Notes: generated from the letters alone by a model not told the origin. A stretch of 64,000 nucleotides of DNA from the human T2T-CHM13v2.0 reference genome, Homo sapiens (GCF_009914755.1 NC_060929.1), one strand, 5' to 3'; shown: positions 1-24,913, counted from the first letter of the stretch. A program made the numbers and translations.

Positions 1-21
1 GTCACCCAGGCTGGAGTGTAG

Positions 22-279
<258 letters not shown>

Positions 280-984
280 TAAATTTGTTACATCATTCTT
301 TACCCACAATAAAAGCACATGAGCAAGCTTTTCTTTAAGAGTCTAGAGTTTTACATCTTTCCTTGTCTCTGTAAACCTCTATTTCCACTTGACTTCCCCA
401 CAGAATTTTATCCTAATATTGTGTGTATATACGTGTACATGTATGTGCATATGTGTTTCTGTATATATATGTGTGTGTGTACACTACATATATGCTTGAA
501 AGTCTTTCATTGATCGATTTTCATAATTACTTGCAATCAATTATATCCATTTATTGAAATTATGTAATTAAAATTTTTTCTTTGACCATAAGCCTCTAAG
601 TGTTGAAAAATTTTCTTTTGGATTAAGTTATTATTACACAATTAAATAACAAAATATACTACCTATTTTTACAAATAATTATTAAACACTCAAAGCACCC
701 TTTTTTGAATTCATCTATTAACAATATAGGGTGGATTTTTTAAAAAGTATTGGTTTATGAATGAATATTTCTTGTTACTAGACTGGAGTCGGATTCAGCA
801 CCTATTTTTTGCCCATTTTTCCTCTTTTTTTTTTTTTTTTTTTTTTAACCAGAGTCTCTCTGTTGCCCAGGCTGGAGGGCAGTGCAGTGGCATGATCATA
901 GCTAGCTGTAGCCTGAAACTCCTGGGCTCAAGTAATCCTCCCACTTCGGCCTCCCAAGTAGCGTGCACCACCGTACCTGGATAA

Positions 985-1272
<288 letters not shown>

Positions 1273-1344
1273 TAAGCATGTTACAATACATCCAACTTAT
1301 CTTTTATTTTTAATTCTAAGAAAGGTAAAGGTACATGGAGGGTA

Positions 1345-1443
1345 TGTAGGTAGACTAGACAGACAGATGATGATAGATGATGAGAGATGATAGATAGATA
1401 GATAGATACATAGATAGATAGATGATAGATAGATAGATAGATA
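1345..1443. repeat. Compound (TAGA/GATA)n tetranucleotide STR
   Basis: gatagatagatagatagatacatagatagatagatgatagatagatag... Confidence 0.95.
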
Positions 1444-1852
1444 ATATGATTCTGTTGAGAGACTATTGACCAAATAAAAAAGAAAGAAAAAAAATTGTAA
1501 AGACAGATGATAGAAAGAAGACAGTGAAGTGGATTAAATCAGTTGCTACCATCTTCAGTACGTATTACTGATGTGCCTTTGCCCTAGTGTCATGGTCCCT
1601 GGACAGTGATACATTTTCTGAAAGAAGTAAGATATTTAAATGAAAAATCTTTCACCTGCTGCCCCCCTATAAAACCCCACCCACTGGCTGGGAATGGGGG
1701 TGGGGTTCAGGGGGAGTGCCTGGCAATTAAAGTTGTAAAAACTCTTGAACAAATAGTCTGGGTCCAAATAGTCTGGGTCCAGTGGTTCATGCCTGTAATC
1801 CCAGCACTTTGGGAGGCCGAGGTGTAAGAATGGCTTGAACCCAGGAGTTTAA

Positions 1853-2206
<354 letters not shown>

Positions 2207-2236
2207 TAATTATAAGAGGCTGTGACACCACCAGTA

Positions 2237-2458
2237 TGGTGGACTCTCAAACAACACAGGTTTGAACTATGCAGGTCCATTTACACATGAATTTTTTTCA
2301 ACTGAACATGGATTGCAGGATGCAAAACCCATGTGGGGAGGGGCCGACTCTTCACATCCAAGGGGTTTTCAGGGCTACTGCAGGACTTGAGTTTGTACCA
2401 ATTTTGGTATACTAGGGGGTCCTGGAGCCGATCCCCTGAGTATACCCAGGGATGACTG
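2237..2458 (+). mobile_element. MER8 (Tigger2-derived) DNA transposon
   Basis: aacaacacaggtttgaactatgcaggtccat ... ggggtcctggagccgatcccc...gggatgactg followed by TA. Confidence 0.7.
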
Positions 2459-3365
2459 TATTTCAAATAGTCCCTCCGTTTGGCTGCCCAGAGGTTTTTG
2501 TCTCTACGACAATGCAATGTGGGAAGATTCAAGAAAGAATGGAGTTTGCCTTTATTTTGTAAGGTGGGGAAGAATGAGAGAATGCTGTGCCTACTGGGCT
2601 GCTTCTTTCTCAGGAAGATTAATATTACAAAAGAAAATGCTGATTCCCTTAAGGCTATCTATGCTGATATACATCTTGGAAGGACATGAGTTCCCAGAGG
2701 GGTATGTGTGCCGTCAGCTGAAGATGCCTACGTAAGGTCACCTTGACTTTGACAATGATTGAGATCCTGCTCCTGGCTTTTTTTTTTCTTTTAAAATTAA
2801 ACATAATTCCTTTCATTTGATGTCATTTCTTTGCAAATCTGTAAGATATTCCATTGTATGAAAGTGTTATCGTTTATTTAACCTGGTTCCCCATTGCTAG
2901 GTATTTCGATTGTTTTCAATCCTGTTTGTGTTACAGACAATGCTGCAACAAACAATTCTGTACATACACTTGGTGCACATGTGGGAGAATATCTGGAGGG
3001 GAAATCCTGGAAGTGGGATTGCTGAGTCAAAGGGCATGAGCACTTACAGCTTTGATAGGTGTTGCCAAATCGCCCTCTGCAAAGACTGAGCCTGTTTACA
3101 CTCCCGCATGGGGAACGAGGTGGCCCTTTCCCTCACTCTGCCCGACACAGTATGTAAGCAAATGTTTTCATCTTTGACAATAGGAGTTAACAATTATACC
3201 TCATTGTAGTTTTATAATCACCGTCTTTTCATAGGTTTATATCCCACTGTAACTTTTCTGGGAACTGTCGGTTTGTGCCTTTTGCCCATTTTCTATTGGA
3301 TTAGTCTTTTCCTGGAATCATATTAACACTTTATTCACTGAGGAAATTAGCTCTTTTTCTCTTAG

Positions 3366-3701
<336 letters not shown>

Positions 3702-3704
3702 TAG

Positions 3705-3854
<150 letters not shown>

Positions 3855-3872
3855 TGAAAAGCTCGCTCTGAA

Positions 3873-4283
3873 ATTTTTTTTTTTTAGGTTTTTTTTTTAT
3901 TATTGTTATTATACTTTAAGTTTTAGGGTACATGTGCACCTTGTGCAGGTTAGTTACATATGTATACATGTGCCATGCTGGTGCACTGCACCCACTAACT
4001 CGTCATCTAGCATTAGGTATATCTCCCAATGCTATCCCTCCCCCCTCCCCCCACCCCACAACAGTCCCCAGAGTGTGATATTCCCCTTCCTGTGTCCATG
4101 TGATCTCATTGTTCAATTCCCACCTATGAGTGAGAATATGTGGTGTTTGGTTTTTTGTTCTTGCGATAGTTTACTGAGAATGATGATTTCCAATTTCATC
4201 CATGTCCCTACAAAGGACATGAACTCAACATTTTTTATGGCTGCATAGTATTCCATGGTGTATATGTGCCACATTTCCTTAAT
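3873..4283 (-). mobile_element. 5'-truncated young L1 3' end (L1PA2-like)
   Basis: Near-consensus L1 3' UTR with poly(A) and G-rich tract; GAG (gatgacgagttag) and cttaaagtat alleles rather than the L1Hs-Ta ACA/G alleles. Confidence 0.9.
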
Positions 4284-5194
4284 TCTTCCATGCTTTTTTC
4301 GTGCTCTCTTTTCTTTCCCTGGTTATTTAAAAATTTTTATTACATCTGGAGTTTATTTTGGTATAAGGAATGAGATAGAGATCTAACTTCATGGCCATCC
4401 CATTGTCCCAAAACCACTGATGAACTTACACCTTTCTCCACTAGTATAAAACCCACTTTGAACACAGACATAGTCCTTAAGTTCATCCCATTGATCTGAA
4501 CGACTTCTCCTGCCTAGGACAGAACTGCCTTTAGTTCTGCTGGTCACCATTATTACTCTTCCATGTCAGAATTTTCTGGCTATTCTTTTTTATCTTTTTT
4601 CTTTTTCTGGTTATTCTTGCATACTCATTTCTCATAAGAATTTTTCAATCAGCTTCCTAATTCCCCCAGAATAAAGCAGGGTTTTTTTGTTTGTTTGTTG
4701 GTTGGTTGCTTGATTTGTTTTGGAATCACCCTTAAATGAATAAATTAAAATTAGGGAGAATAGACAACTTTCTAAATCAAGTCCCCCTATCCAATAGCAG
4801 GGTGTTCCTTTCAATGATTTAGTCCTTCTGCTGAGCCATTTTGAAATGTCCAGCTATGGAAGTCAAAAAAAGAAAAACATTAGGAAAAAACAGAAGTCAG
4901 CTGGGGGTGGTGGCTCACACCTGTAATCCCAGCACTTTTAGGAGGCCGAGGTGGGCGGATCACGAGGTCAGGAGTTCGAGACCAGCCTGACCAACATGAT
5001 GAAACCCCGTCTCTACTAAAAATACAAAAAAAATTAGCCGGGCATGGTGTCGCATGCCTGTAATCCCAGCTACTCAGGAGGCTGAGGCAGGAGAAGCCCT
5101 TGAACTCGGGAAGTGGAAGTTGCAGTGAGCCGAGATTGCATTCCATCCTGGGCAACAGAGCGAGACTCCATCTCAAAAAAAGAAAAGCACAAGC

Positions 5195-6240
<1,046 letters not shown>

Positions 6241-6524
6241 TGGCTGGACGTGGTGGCTCACACTTGTAATCTCAACACTTTGGGAGGCCAAGGAGGGTGG
6301 ATGGCTTAAGCTCAGGAGTTCAAAACCAGCCTAGGCAACATGGCAAAACCTGTTTCTACCAAAATTACAAAAATTAGCCAGGTATAGTGCGTGTGCCTGT
6401 AGTCCCAACTACTAAGGAGGCTGAGGTGAGGGGATTGCTTGAGCCTGGAAGGTTGAGGCTGCAGTGAGCCCTGATCGCCACTGCACTCCAGCCTGGGCAA
6501 TAGAGCAAGACCCTGTCTCAAAAA

Positions 6525-6559
<35 letters not shown>

Positions 6560-7333
6560 AATGTCCAGGGGGGCAGCTCCTGGCCAGTCTATGAGTAACT
6601 GTGGGCTGAGCATGCCCCCTTGTTCAGTGAAAGCAGATTGCACTGCTCCCAGAATCAGGGGACCTTTGTGGGAGGCCTGGTTGGACAACTGCAGGGCTGA
6701 AGGAGTGGCAACTTGCTGCTGCCCCCCCCGTTTCCGGAGCCTGTCCCAGTGGTCTCCTCTTCTCTGTTGCAGACATTTGCAATGCTTGTGACTTAATCAA
6801 GCCTCATTTCCACAGAAGCATCTGGGGATAAACAAATAACCCAATGCTTCCTAGGCAACTAGTCAGCCTTGTCTCCCCTGCAACTTTTCCTGACCATTGC
6901 CTTCAATGCCCAGGACCCATCACAGAGGAGCCAGGGGACCATTTGGCTTGGGCCACATATTCATAAAAGGCCTCAAATTTACACTTCTCACCCCATTGTC
7001 AATTGAGGTGAATCATGGAAGCACACTGAGAAAACTGAAAAAAGACATTCACCAGACAACTTAAATTTGAGTCCCATTACCAACCATGCCAGACCATGCA
7101 CTGTAAATTTCATACCAACCATAACCAATTTGTGACTAGCACAGCTATATTGTGGGATATTGTCCTATGTAAAGGAATACGTTAAAAATTAAGCCTATAT
7201 GTTTTGAATAACACATTAACTATCACTCAAACTTTAATTCGGGCCGGGCATGATGGCTCACGCCTATAATCCCAGCACTTTGAGAGACAGAGGTGGGTGT
7301 ATCACTTGAGGTCAGGAGTTTAAAACCAGCCTA

Positions 7334-7561
<228 letters not shown>

Positions 7562-7893
7562 CTATAGTGCTTTCCGTTGTATCAAAAACTTAAAAGTTAT
7601 ATCAGTTTACCACCCAAATCTTAGATATTATGATTGAACTACTTCAAATAACATATTTTTTTATTCAGATAAATAAAACAATAATACACTGTCTTGCATT
7701 TTTAGTGCTAAAATAAAGATTAAACATGTGGCTTGTGCAATTGGAATTTGGCATAACTTCATTTTTTTCATATGTTGAAGGCCTCCAAAATGAAATAGTC
7801 CCAAGGCTTGTTGAGGGCAGCAAGAGCTGTCAGTGCATCTCGCCTCATGATCCTAAGCCTAAGAGGATCAGGTTTTAACCCCATCCCAACTCA

Positions 7894-8019
<126 letters not shown>

Positions 8020-8550
8020 CTAGTAAAGGGAGCAAGTCTTAGAATAAGGCAACACCTGAGCTGCTAACATTGGCTGATTCAGATGGAGCCTTATTAAATC
8101 AACAAAATTCACAAAACAAGGTTGAAAGAGCCAAGGCCCAGGAGTGAAGACCTAGGTTTAACCTAAGTCTCTGCCACTGATTTGTTATCTACTCTTAGCA
8201 AATCTCTTGTCCTGAATCTCAGTGTTCCCATCTGTACAGCGGGGGTAATGATATCTAACTCACAGGCTTGTAGCAAGAATCAATGTGTCCATAACACACG
8301 TGTTGTGCCTGACACATAGTATATGCTAAATTAATTGGAACTATGATGTTTGTTATTATTATTGTTATTATATTGTTGCTGGGTGCAGTGGCTCATGCCT
8401 GTAATCCCAATACTTTGGGAGGCTGAGGCAGAAGGATGGCTTGAGACCAGGAGTTTTAGATCAGCCTGGGTAACATAGTGAGAACCCATCTTTACAGCAA
8501 ATTAAAAAATTATCCAGGAGTGGTGGTGTTCCTGTAGTCCCAGCCACTCA

Positions 8551-9045
<495 letters not shown>

Positions 9046-9245
9046 CTAAAGAAAAAAAGAGAAGCGAGATGGGAGAGAATTGATGCTGGCAGTAAAGTCA
9101 CCCACCTACCAATGGCCACCCCAGATGATGGCAGAGGCAGCCCAGGCCAATGGGAAGAATGCTCCCTGGGCACACTCAGGCTCCTTGTGAAATAGAGCCT
9201 CTGATCCAGGCCCCGCGGCCTGTAGACCCTTGGCCCTCATCCTAC

Positions 9246-9333
9246 CTCGTCTCTGAGCAGTGTTTTGCCAAACTCCAAGTGGTGTCTTTCCAAGATAGAG
9301 GACCCATGGAGCTTGGCCAGTGGGTTCTGGGAT
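9246..9333 (-). CDS. PDE6A: PDE6A exon 15 (88 nt)
   Basis: cag|ATCCCAG...GACGAG|gtagg; [29 protein letters not shown]. Confidence 0.96.
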
Positions 9334-10147
9334 CTGAATGAGAAAGAGAGAGAATCAATATGGAGTGGACAATAGAAAATTAGGACTAAACATCAAGTCT
9401 CCTGACTCAGTCTTCAGCCTTCTCCACAAGTGATTCCGAGTTACTTTTGGGTCGTGAACTCATTAGAGAATCTACTAAATAGCATGGACCCCTTCCCCAG
9501 AGAAAGCCACAAACACACACAATGCCATAAGGGATTTTAGGGACATTAGCACTGGGCCATGCTTCAAGATCATCTAGCCCTGATTCTTCACATCCAAGTC
9601 TTGAAGGAAACAACTGAATTTCCGCAAGCCGTGTATTTATTCATTTCTGCATTCAATAATTATTTGTTGAGCACTTGCTATGTGCCACACACTGTGCTAA
9701 GTATTTAGATTCTCAAAATGTAAAATGTAAACCCAATCTCTAGCCCCAGAGCAGCATGAAAGTATTGAGAAGACTCAGCAGCATGAATTCAGAGCTTGTT
9801 AATGACTTACAGGCCATCGGCCCTGAGCGGAGACTCAGTTTTCTCATCTGTAAGTAGGGATAACATTAGCCCCTGCTCTGCCCAGCCCACTGGGTGGTTG
9901 TGAGGATCCAATGAGATCATGGTTCAAGGACTATGCTTTATGGGCTGTCTGAAATATAAGCTCTGTAAGGACAGGAGCTGTTTTGCTCATCAGAGCACCT
10001 TTTTTGCCTGGCATAGAGCCTACCACACTATATTAGAAGCACTGTAAATACGAGATGAGTGAATGAACCATTACTGGTTATTAACATCTTGGCTCAAATT
10101 AGTGCAGCAGGTAGGACAAGGAAGGAGACAAGTACAGGAGTTTAATG

Positions 10148-10583
10148 CATTCATTTTCTATGGCTGCTATAACAAACTGCCACAAACTTAATGGCTTAAA
10201 GCAATAAAATTTATTATTTTACAGCTCTGTATGGAGTCTGAAATGGGTCCTTAGGGCTGCTTTCCTTCTGGAAGCTCCAGAGGAGAATCCGTTTCCTTGC
10301 TCTTTTGAGCTTCTAGAGGCCACCTGCATTCCTTGCTTGTAGGCCATGCCTCCATCTTCAAAGCCAGCAGGGTAGCATCTTCTTTCCTCTCTGACCTCTT
10401 GCTTCCCTCTTATAAGGACCATTGGGACTACATGGGGCCCACTCGAATGAATAATCCCTGTATCTCAAGATCCTCGACTTAATCACATCTGCACAGTCCC
10501 TTTTGTATGTAAGGCAACATATTCCCCAGCTCAGGGATTTGAGATCTGGACATCTTTGTGGTGGTCATTATTCTGCCTGCTAC
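10148..10583 (-). mobile_element. MaLR LTR (MLT1C/D-like)
   Basis: gctgctataacaaactgccacaaacttaatggcttaaa ... ttaatcacatctgca ... ctgcctgctaca, typical MLT1 reverse strand. Confidence 0.8.
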
Positions 10584-10729
10584 AGGAGGAGACCCGGATC
10601 CCAAGGGCAGAAGGCGGTGGGAAGCTGTGGACCACAAGACTTCCCTGTTGGCCAGTGAGTCTGCCTGGGAGCCACACAGAGCTGGATAATGAATCCGGAG
10701 GGTTGGGTGTGGGGAGGGAGGCTGACTCA

Positions 10730-10852
<123 letters not shown>

Positions 10853-12022
10853 TCAGAGTGCAAATCATTCCTTTTGTGTAGGGGCTGGAAGCAGGGCTGA
10901 AAAGGCGGGTGTAAGGAGGAGGGCCCAGAACTAAAAAACTCATGGGTCTGATCTTGGCTGTATCCTGGCTCCAGAGGCTGACCAGAGGACTGCCCAGGGC
11001 TGAGGGGTTTTTTGGATATGGGACTTTCAGTGCTAGAATGGGGAAAGTCCCAGGTAAATGGGAACAACTGGTCACCCTATTTCTGAGTTGACCTTAGCTG
11101 GTCTCATCTCCCTCTGAACCTCGGTAGCCCAATCTCCATAATGAGGGTCGAGCATATTGGATCAGATGAATTTTGAGAAACCTGTAGAAGTCAGGTTTTA
11201 GGATTTGGAGAGTTTCTGAACATGGCCAGGCTGGTAAAGCAAATCTTCCAAACGTGGTCTACTGGTTTAAGCACAGCCTGGAGGAATCCTTCCCTGGGAT
11301 TTTGCCAGACACTTAACTCCTTGTTGATGCTGGGTGTTGAAACCAAATGTGGGAAAGTGCTCTGGAGAGCTGATGCTGACTTTATGAAAGCAATCACTCT
11401 AAGTGGTGTTCCTGTCACCCTTTAAGGTAGCCTGGTCAGAATTCCTGCTTCCGGGCCCTAGCACCTACTCTGGCCTGACCATTTCAGCCAAGGGGGAAGG
11501 GATGATGTTGAGGAAGGGCAGGGATTTGCATCATGATCTGGATGGGGAAATAACTTGAAATAAAACATAAAAGTCTCCGAACCCTCTCAGTGAAAAATAC
11601 GAACACAAATACACAAAGATAAGTCCATCCAAGGATATTGTGGCACTGTTTGTAATAGTGAAAGATTGAAAAGACTTCCAAGTCCAACAATAGAACACTA
11701 TGCAGCCACAAAATTGTATCATGGATAAGCCTCAAAAATGTTATGTTAAGTGAAATATGCCAGACACGAAAGGACGAATACTGTATGATTTCACCTCACT
11801 GTATATGAGGTGCATAGAATAGTCAAGATGAAAGAAACAAAAAATAAGACAGGGCCAGGCATGGCAGGTCACACATGGCAGCACTTTGGGAGGCCAAGGT
11901 AGGAGGACCACTTGAGCCTAAGAATTCAAGATCAGCTTAGGCAACACAGCCAGACCCTGTCTCTACAAAACTAAAAATTTATGTGGACATGGTGGCACAT
12001 ACCTGTGGTCTCGGCTACCTGG

Positions 12023-12494
12023 TGTTAGTCCCAACTGCACCATTTTGTAAGCTCCCCATTATTTTGCAGACCTTGGTCAAAGTGAAACATTTCATGGGGG
12101 TTTGGGTCGGGAGAAACAGCCTTCCTAACCACCTGACCACAAGGCAGACAAAGGCCCAACTAAAGAAACATTCCTATCATATCTTGCTGGGCAAAAGTCC
12201 AAGAAACACCACAATGGCATCCCACCGAGACAAGAGCAAAACCGCCTCATCATGAGAACATCTTATCAATAGCCTGCCAGGCAACAAGCCATACTGCCCA
12301 GACCCCTCCCGCCCATACCTATAAGTACCACCAGCCTGTAAGCAGCGGTGGGCTCTGGCATTAGGCTGGTTCCTACTTCTGTAGATTTTATGCTGGGCGT
12401 AAAGCCTGCATTTGCTCTTGAGCCGCCCTCTTTCTGTGTGTGTGTGTGTGTGTGTGTCTTTCTTTAACCCTCGCCTTCCCTTCAAAACCTAACA
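12023..12494 (+). mobile_element. Solo ERV1 LTR (LTR15-like) inserted into an AluJ
   Basis: TG...CA termini (tgttagtccc...aaaacctaaca), internal TATAA; the host Alu resumes in register on both sides (ctcggctacctgg | tgtgggaggctgagg). Confidence 0.8.
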
Positions 12495-12615
12495 TGTGGG
12501 AGGCTGAGGTGGGAGGATCGCTTGAGCCCAGGAGGTCAAGGCTGCAGTGAGCCGTGTGTTCTCAGCACTGCACTCCAGCCTGTGTGACAGAGCAAGATCA
12601 TATCTCAAAAGTAAA

Positions 12616-19560
<6,945 letters not shown>

Positions 19561-19639
19561 AATAAAGAAAGAAGAACAACGCTGTTGCTACCATGTAGAG
19601 TCTGCATGAGATTGTCTAGTGTGATGCAAGCCCACCCTA

Positions 19640-19891
<252 letters not shown>

Positions 19892-20152
19892 CTAACCCCA
19901 TCATTGGACCAGGAGGTGAGAGCTTGTACTAGATGCAATCATGCTGCGAAAGTGCTTTGCAAATACTAAATGCTAAATACTAAGAAGATGTTGTTGTTGT
20001 TGTTGTTAGGAAACGAGGTGAGCATGCATCATTCCTCTGACTGAGCTTCATCAGTAATTCCCGAACTGTGCCCTGGAGAGCAACTATCCTTGGAGAAGCT
20101 AACAAGGGCTCTACAGGGAAAAAAAAAACAAAAACAAAAGGACTCTTTTATC

Positions 20153-20371
20153 CAGTGGTTCTCAAACTTGCGTGTGCATGAGACTCACTTGGAGGACTTG
20201 TTAAAACAGTTTCTGATTTATCAGAGCTGGGAGTGTGTGTGTGTGTGTGTCTGTGTGTGCGAGAGAGAGAGAGAAAGAGGAGAGAGAGAGAGAGAAAAAG
20301 AAGAATGTGAATTTCTGATAAGTTCTTAGGTGGTGTGGATGTGGTCTGGGGTAACACTTTGAGAACCACTG
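20153..20371. mobile_element. MER5 (hAT) element containing a (GT)n(GA)n microsatellite (20232-20295)
   Basis: Terminal inverted repeats cagtggttctcaaa / tttgagaaccactg. Confidence 0.8.
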
Positions 20372-20839
20372 CTTTAATCAAAATCAAACAAGTTCAGGCA
20401 ATTCTGCATATCATATCCCACTGCCTCCCACACATACCTTCTCTGCCGTCCCCCATGACCCTAGACTCACAGCAAACCTTAGTAAGGAATCCTGCAGGGA
20501 ATGAGCCCTGTTTAAATGGGTTTAGCCCACATTTTCTGCCCTCATTTAACTATAGGACCCATTTTTTGCAGCATATCTATTCCCAGCCTTCAGGGCTTAG
20601 TACCTCAGAACCCACTGCAAGAAACCAACGCACCCAAAACATCACACTTCACAGGACACAGAGGAACAGCGTGTCTCTTTTCTTATAAATGACTCATCTG
20701 TGCAACATGACTAATTCTTTAAATCCTAAATACTGAGAGTAAACTCTTTTTAAGGTAGTTTACAGATTGAGTCTTTTTTTTAAAGCAAGCAAGAAAGAAA
20801 ATTAAAAAGGGAAATCATATATATTTGTTTTGACCTCAC

Positions 20840-20986
20840 CTCTTGTGGAATGTGAAATTTATCCACCACTTTGAGCTCATAATACATCTGTATTCCACAT
20901 TTTACCAGCTCCAGTTCTGTTAGGGGTAAGTCACTGAAGTGAAATTTATTAATTTCGTATTTATCTGCATCTGGCAGCTCCGCTTG
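20840..20986 (-). CDS. PDE6A: PDE6A exon 12 (147 nt)
   Basis: cag|CAAGCG...CAAGAG|gtgag; [49 protein letters not shown]. Confidence 0.97.
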
Positions 20987-21188
20987 CTGTATAAGGAATA
21001 GAGTCAGGTGATTAGGAAACATGAAGTGTTTCTGGGTGCCCACCTCCTGTCCAGCCCTGTCCCCATCCTGGGTCTGCTGGAAGGATCAGAACAGAGTGAT
21101 GGGGAACATGCTTTGCAAGGAGAAACCCCTGCATGCTCAGGAGCACTTTGCACTTGTTATACATCGGGGCTCGTGCTGCCCCGGTTCA

Positions 21189-21452
<264 letters not shown>

Positions 21453-22846
21453 CTACCACTTACTAGCCGTGTTATTAATGCTTCTGAGCTTCAGTTTCCT
21501 CATCTGTAAGTTGAGGATAATAAACATACTTAACTGGTGAATTAAAATTTAATTGTGAAAAGTCATTCTCAAGTAACATATGTAAAATTAAATAATCCAT
21601 ATAAAGCACTTAGCACAGTGCTTGGCGCATAGTAAGCACTAACATAAATTAATGTTGTTGTTGATAGTTTCATTGTTACTATTACTGACTGGGAGTAAGG
21701 AGGCCTTGGACATAGTCCTAGTTCTTCCTCTCATTTACTGTGTAACTTGAGGCAAGTTCCTTCTCTCTCTGGGCCTGTGTCCCCATGTGCCAGAGGAGGG
21801 GGAACTGGACCCAGTTACTTGCTCCTGATTTCTTGACCCAGAGCAAAATTTGTTAACTTGTAACTGGTTCACCGAGGCTGTGCCCCGATAGGTTGCACAT
21901 ACCCATTCTTTGGCTGAAACTGTGGACTGAGTCAAGCAAACCATGAGGCAATTTATTTAAACGGGATGTTTTCTCTTCTGAATTTAACAGTTATTGGAAT
22001 GAAATGATCAAATTTGTTGTGGTATCTTCCCAGCTTAAGAAATGCCCTCTAAAAACATTAGCCTGTCTTTATTTTTTCTTTTTTTCTGGTCTCACTCTGT
22101 CAGCCAGGCTGAAGCATGGTGTGGCAATCACGGCTCACTGCAGCCTTTGACCTCCATGGGCTCAGGTGATCCTCCCACCTCAGCCTCCCGAGTAGCTGGG
22201 ACTACAGGCACACGCCACCATGCCTGACTAATTTTTGTGGGGTTTTTTTTGGTAGAGACAGGGTCTCGCTGTGTTGCCCAGGCTGGTCTCAAACTCCTGG
22301 GCTCAAGCGATCTGACCACCTTGGCCTCCCAAAGTGCTGAGATTATAGGTGTAAGCCACTGCACCCAACTTAATAGGGTCTTTTAAGTGAGCTGACCCCA
22401 CAGGAGGGAGGCTCTGAGAAACTGATAATTGTCTACTGGTCTTCCAGATAAAGCTTCCTCTCAGAGTAGGGGCTATGGCTGGTTGACTCTGTCTCCAGTA
22501 GCAAGTCATCCCTGAGCACTGTGAAAAATGGAGTTTCTAGAGCTGTCAAGCCAACATCTGACCCCAAGAATGAGGTGTTTCTGCAAGCAATAGCTGTCCC
22601 CAGGCCACACAGTGCAGTCGTTATGTACCACTCTCAGGCACTCATCTGCTCATGCACTCATTCATTCATTCATTCATTAAATGTTGAGGGCTGCTGCATC
22701 CCTGTGCTAGGCAGGAAGGAACACAACAGTGCACAAACCCATGCCCAGGCTGTGCCCTCATGGAGTTGCAAGTTTTGCCTTAATCTGGCCACATCTCTGA
22801 GACGCAGTCTGTATTAGAGTAGAAACAAGTAAAGAACATTACACAC

Positions 22847-22990
22847 CAAGATTTTCTGAATTTCTTCATTGTCACACTTCACATGATATTTTACTATGTC
22901 CTGGAAAATATCCTTCCTATTTTCAAGTTTATTCATTGACTCATAGGTGTCAGGATTTAAGACAGACCAGCCCAGAAATTGAGTCAAAGA
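22847..22990 (-). CDS. PDE6A: PDE6A exon 10 (144 nt)
   Basis: cag|TCTTTG...ATCTTG|gtgtgt; [48 protein letters not shown]. Confidence 0.96.
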
Positions 22991-23699
22991 CTGAAAAAGA
23001 AAGAAAGGAGGAATCAGAGACAGAACACCTAAGTTTAATCTTGACTCTAAAACTCATAGCAAGAGTCTCTAGGCCTCTGTTTTCTCAGCTATAAAATGGG
23101 TTTGATAAGCTGTGTGCTGCCCACCTTGCGGAGTTCTTATAAGGCTAAGATAAAGGAATGGATGTGACCACACTGTACTTAAAGCACTAACATACAGAAA
23201 GTACCATTCTTATGTGTAATAACTTCACAAAAAGAGAATGTGTTTTTGCCTATGTGGGGATAGGGGATATCTAGGAACGCTGTACTTTTTGCTCAATTTT
23301 GCTAAGAACCTAAAACTACTCTAAAAAGTAAAGTTTGTTAATTATTTTTTATTTTTTATTTTTTTGAGACGGGGTCTTGCTCTGTCACCCAGGATGGATT
23401 GCAATGGCACAATCATGGCTCACTGCAGCTTTGACCTCTTGGGCTCAAGTGATCCTCTTGCTTCAGTCTCCTGAGTAACTAGGACCACAGGTATGCGCTA
23501 CCATGCCTGGCTAATCTTTTTTTAACTTTTTGTAGAAATAGGATATTGCCCTGTTGGCCAGGCTGGTCTTGAGTTCCTGGGCTCAAGTGATTCATCTGCC
23601 TCAACCTCTCAAAGTGCTGGGATTACAGGTGAGAGCCACCATGCTCAGCTTAATTACATTTTTTAAAAAGGAAATGTGGATTTCTCTGACAGCACATCA

Positions 23700-24008
<309 letters not shown>

Positions 24009-24560
24009 CTACAAGAGAAGGGCTAGATTAGGTTTCCTCTTGTTTCAGGCCACAGAGGCAACGATGATAGATTTCACCCTACATCATGACCCTGATTGGC
24101 TGAGAGGAGGTGGCAAGAGGATGGAGTTCATTGGATTTCGCATGAGTTTAATTACCGACAACTACCATGAGAAATAACCCATCTGGTCGGAATTCCTTAA
24201 GCCAAGTAGCCATTTTGTGTTCACCCCTCAGATGTCAGGGCCAGTGTGTGTCAGGCAGTGTGTTACAGGGATGTAATGATGTGCAGAACATCCCAGAGAG
24301 GTAGTGTTTCTCTTTCAGATATGGGAGGCAGTGGCAGGGGACTGGCTTAAAAGGGCAATGCTATGATTCTTGTAACGTTGAATTAATAACCTAGATATAA
24401 CCTGCACATTTTGCCTCTTGCCCTGACTTCCTATGTTACTTTTAGTACTTCATTTTCTCTCCTGGGGCCTCAATTTTCTCATCTATAGAATGGAAAGAAT
24501 CTGTGCCTCACTGAACAAATGAAGTTCTTGATCAATTATAAGATGCCTTTGGTGAGGCTA

Positions 24561-24913
<353 letters not shown>

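Noticed and set aside
8072-8084. NRL/MARE-like GGCTGATTCAGAT upstream of exon 17
   Set aside because: Partial match lacking the TGC flank; isolated short motif consistent with chance
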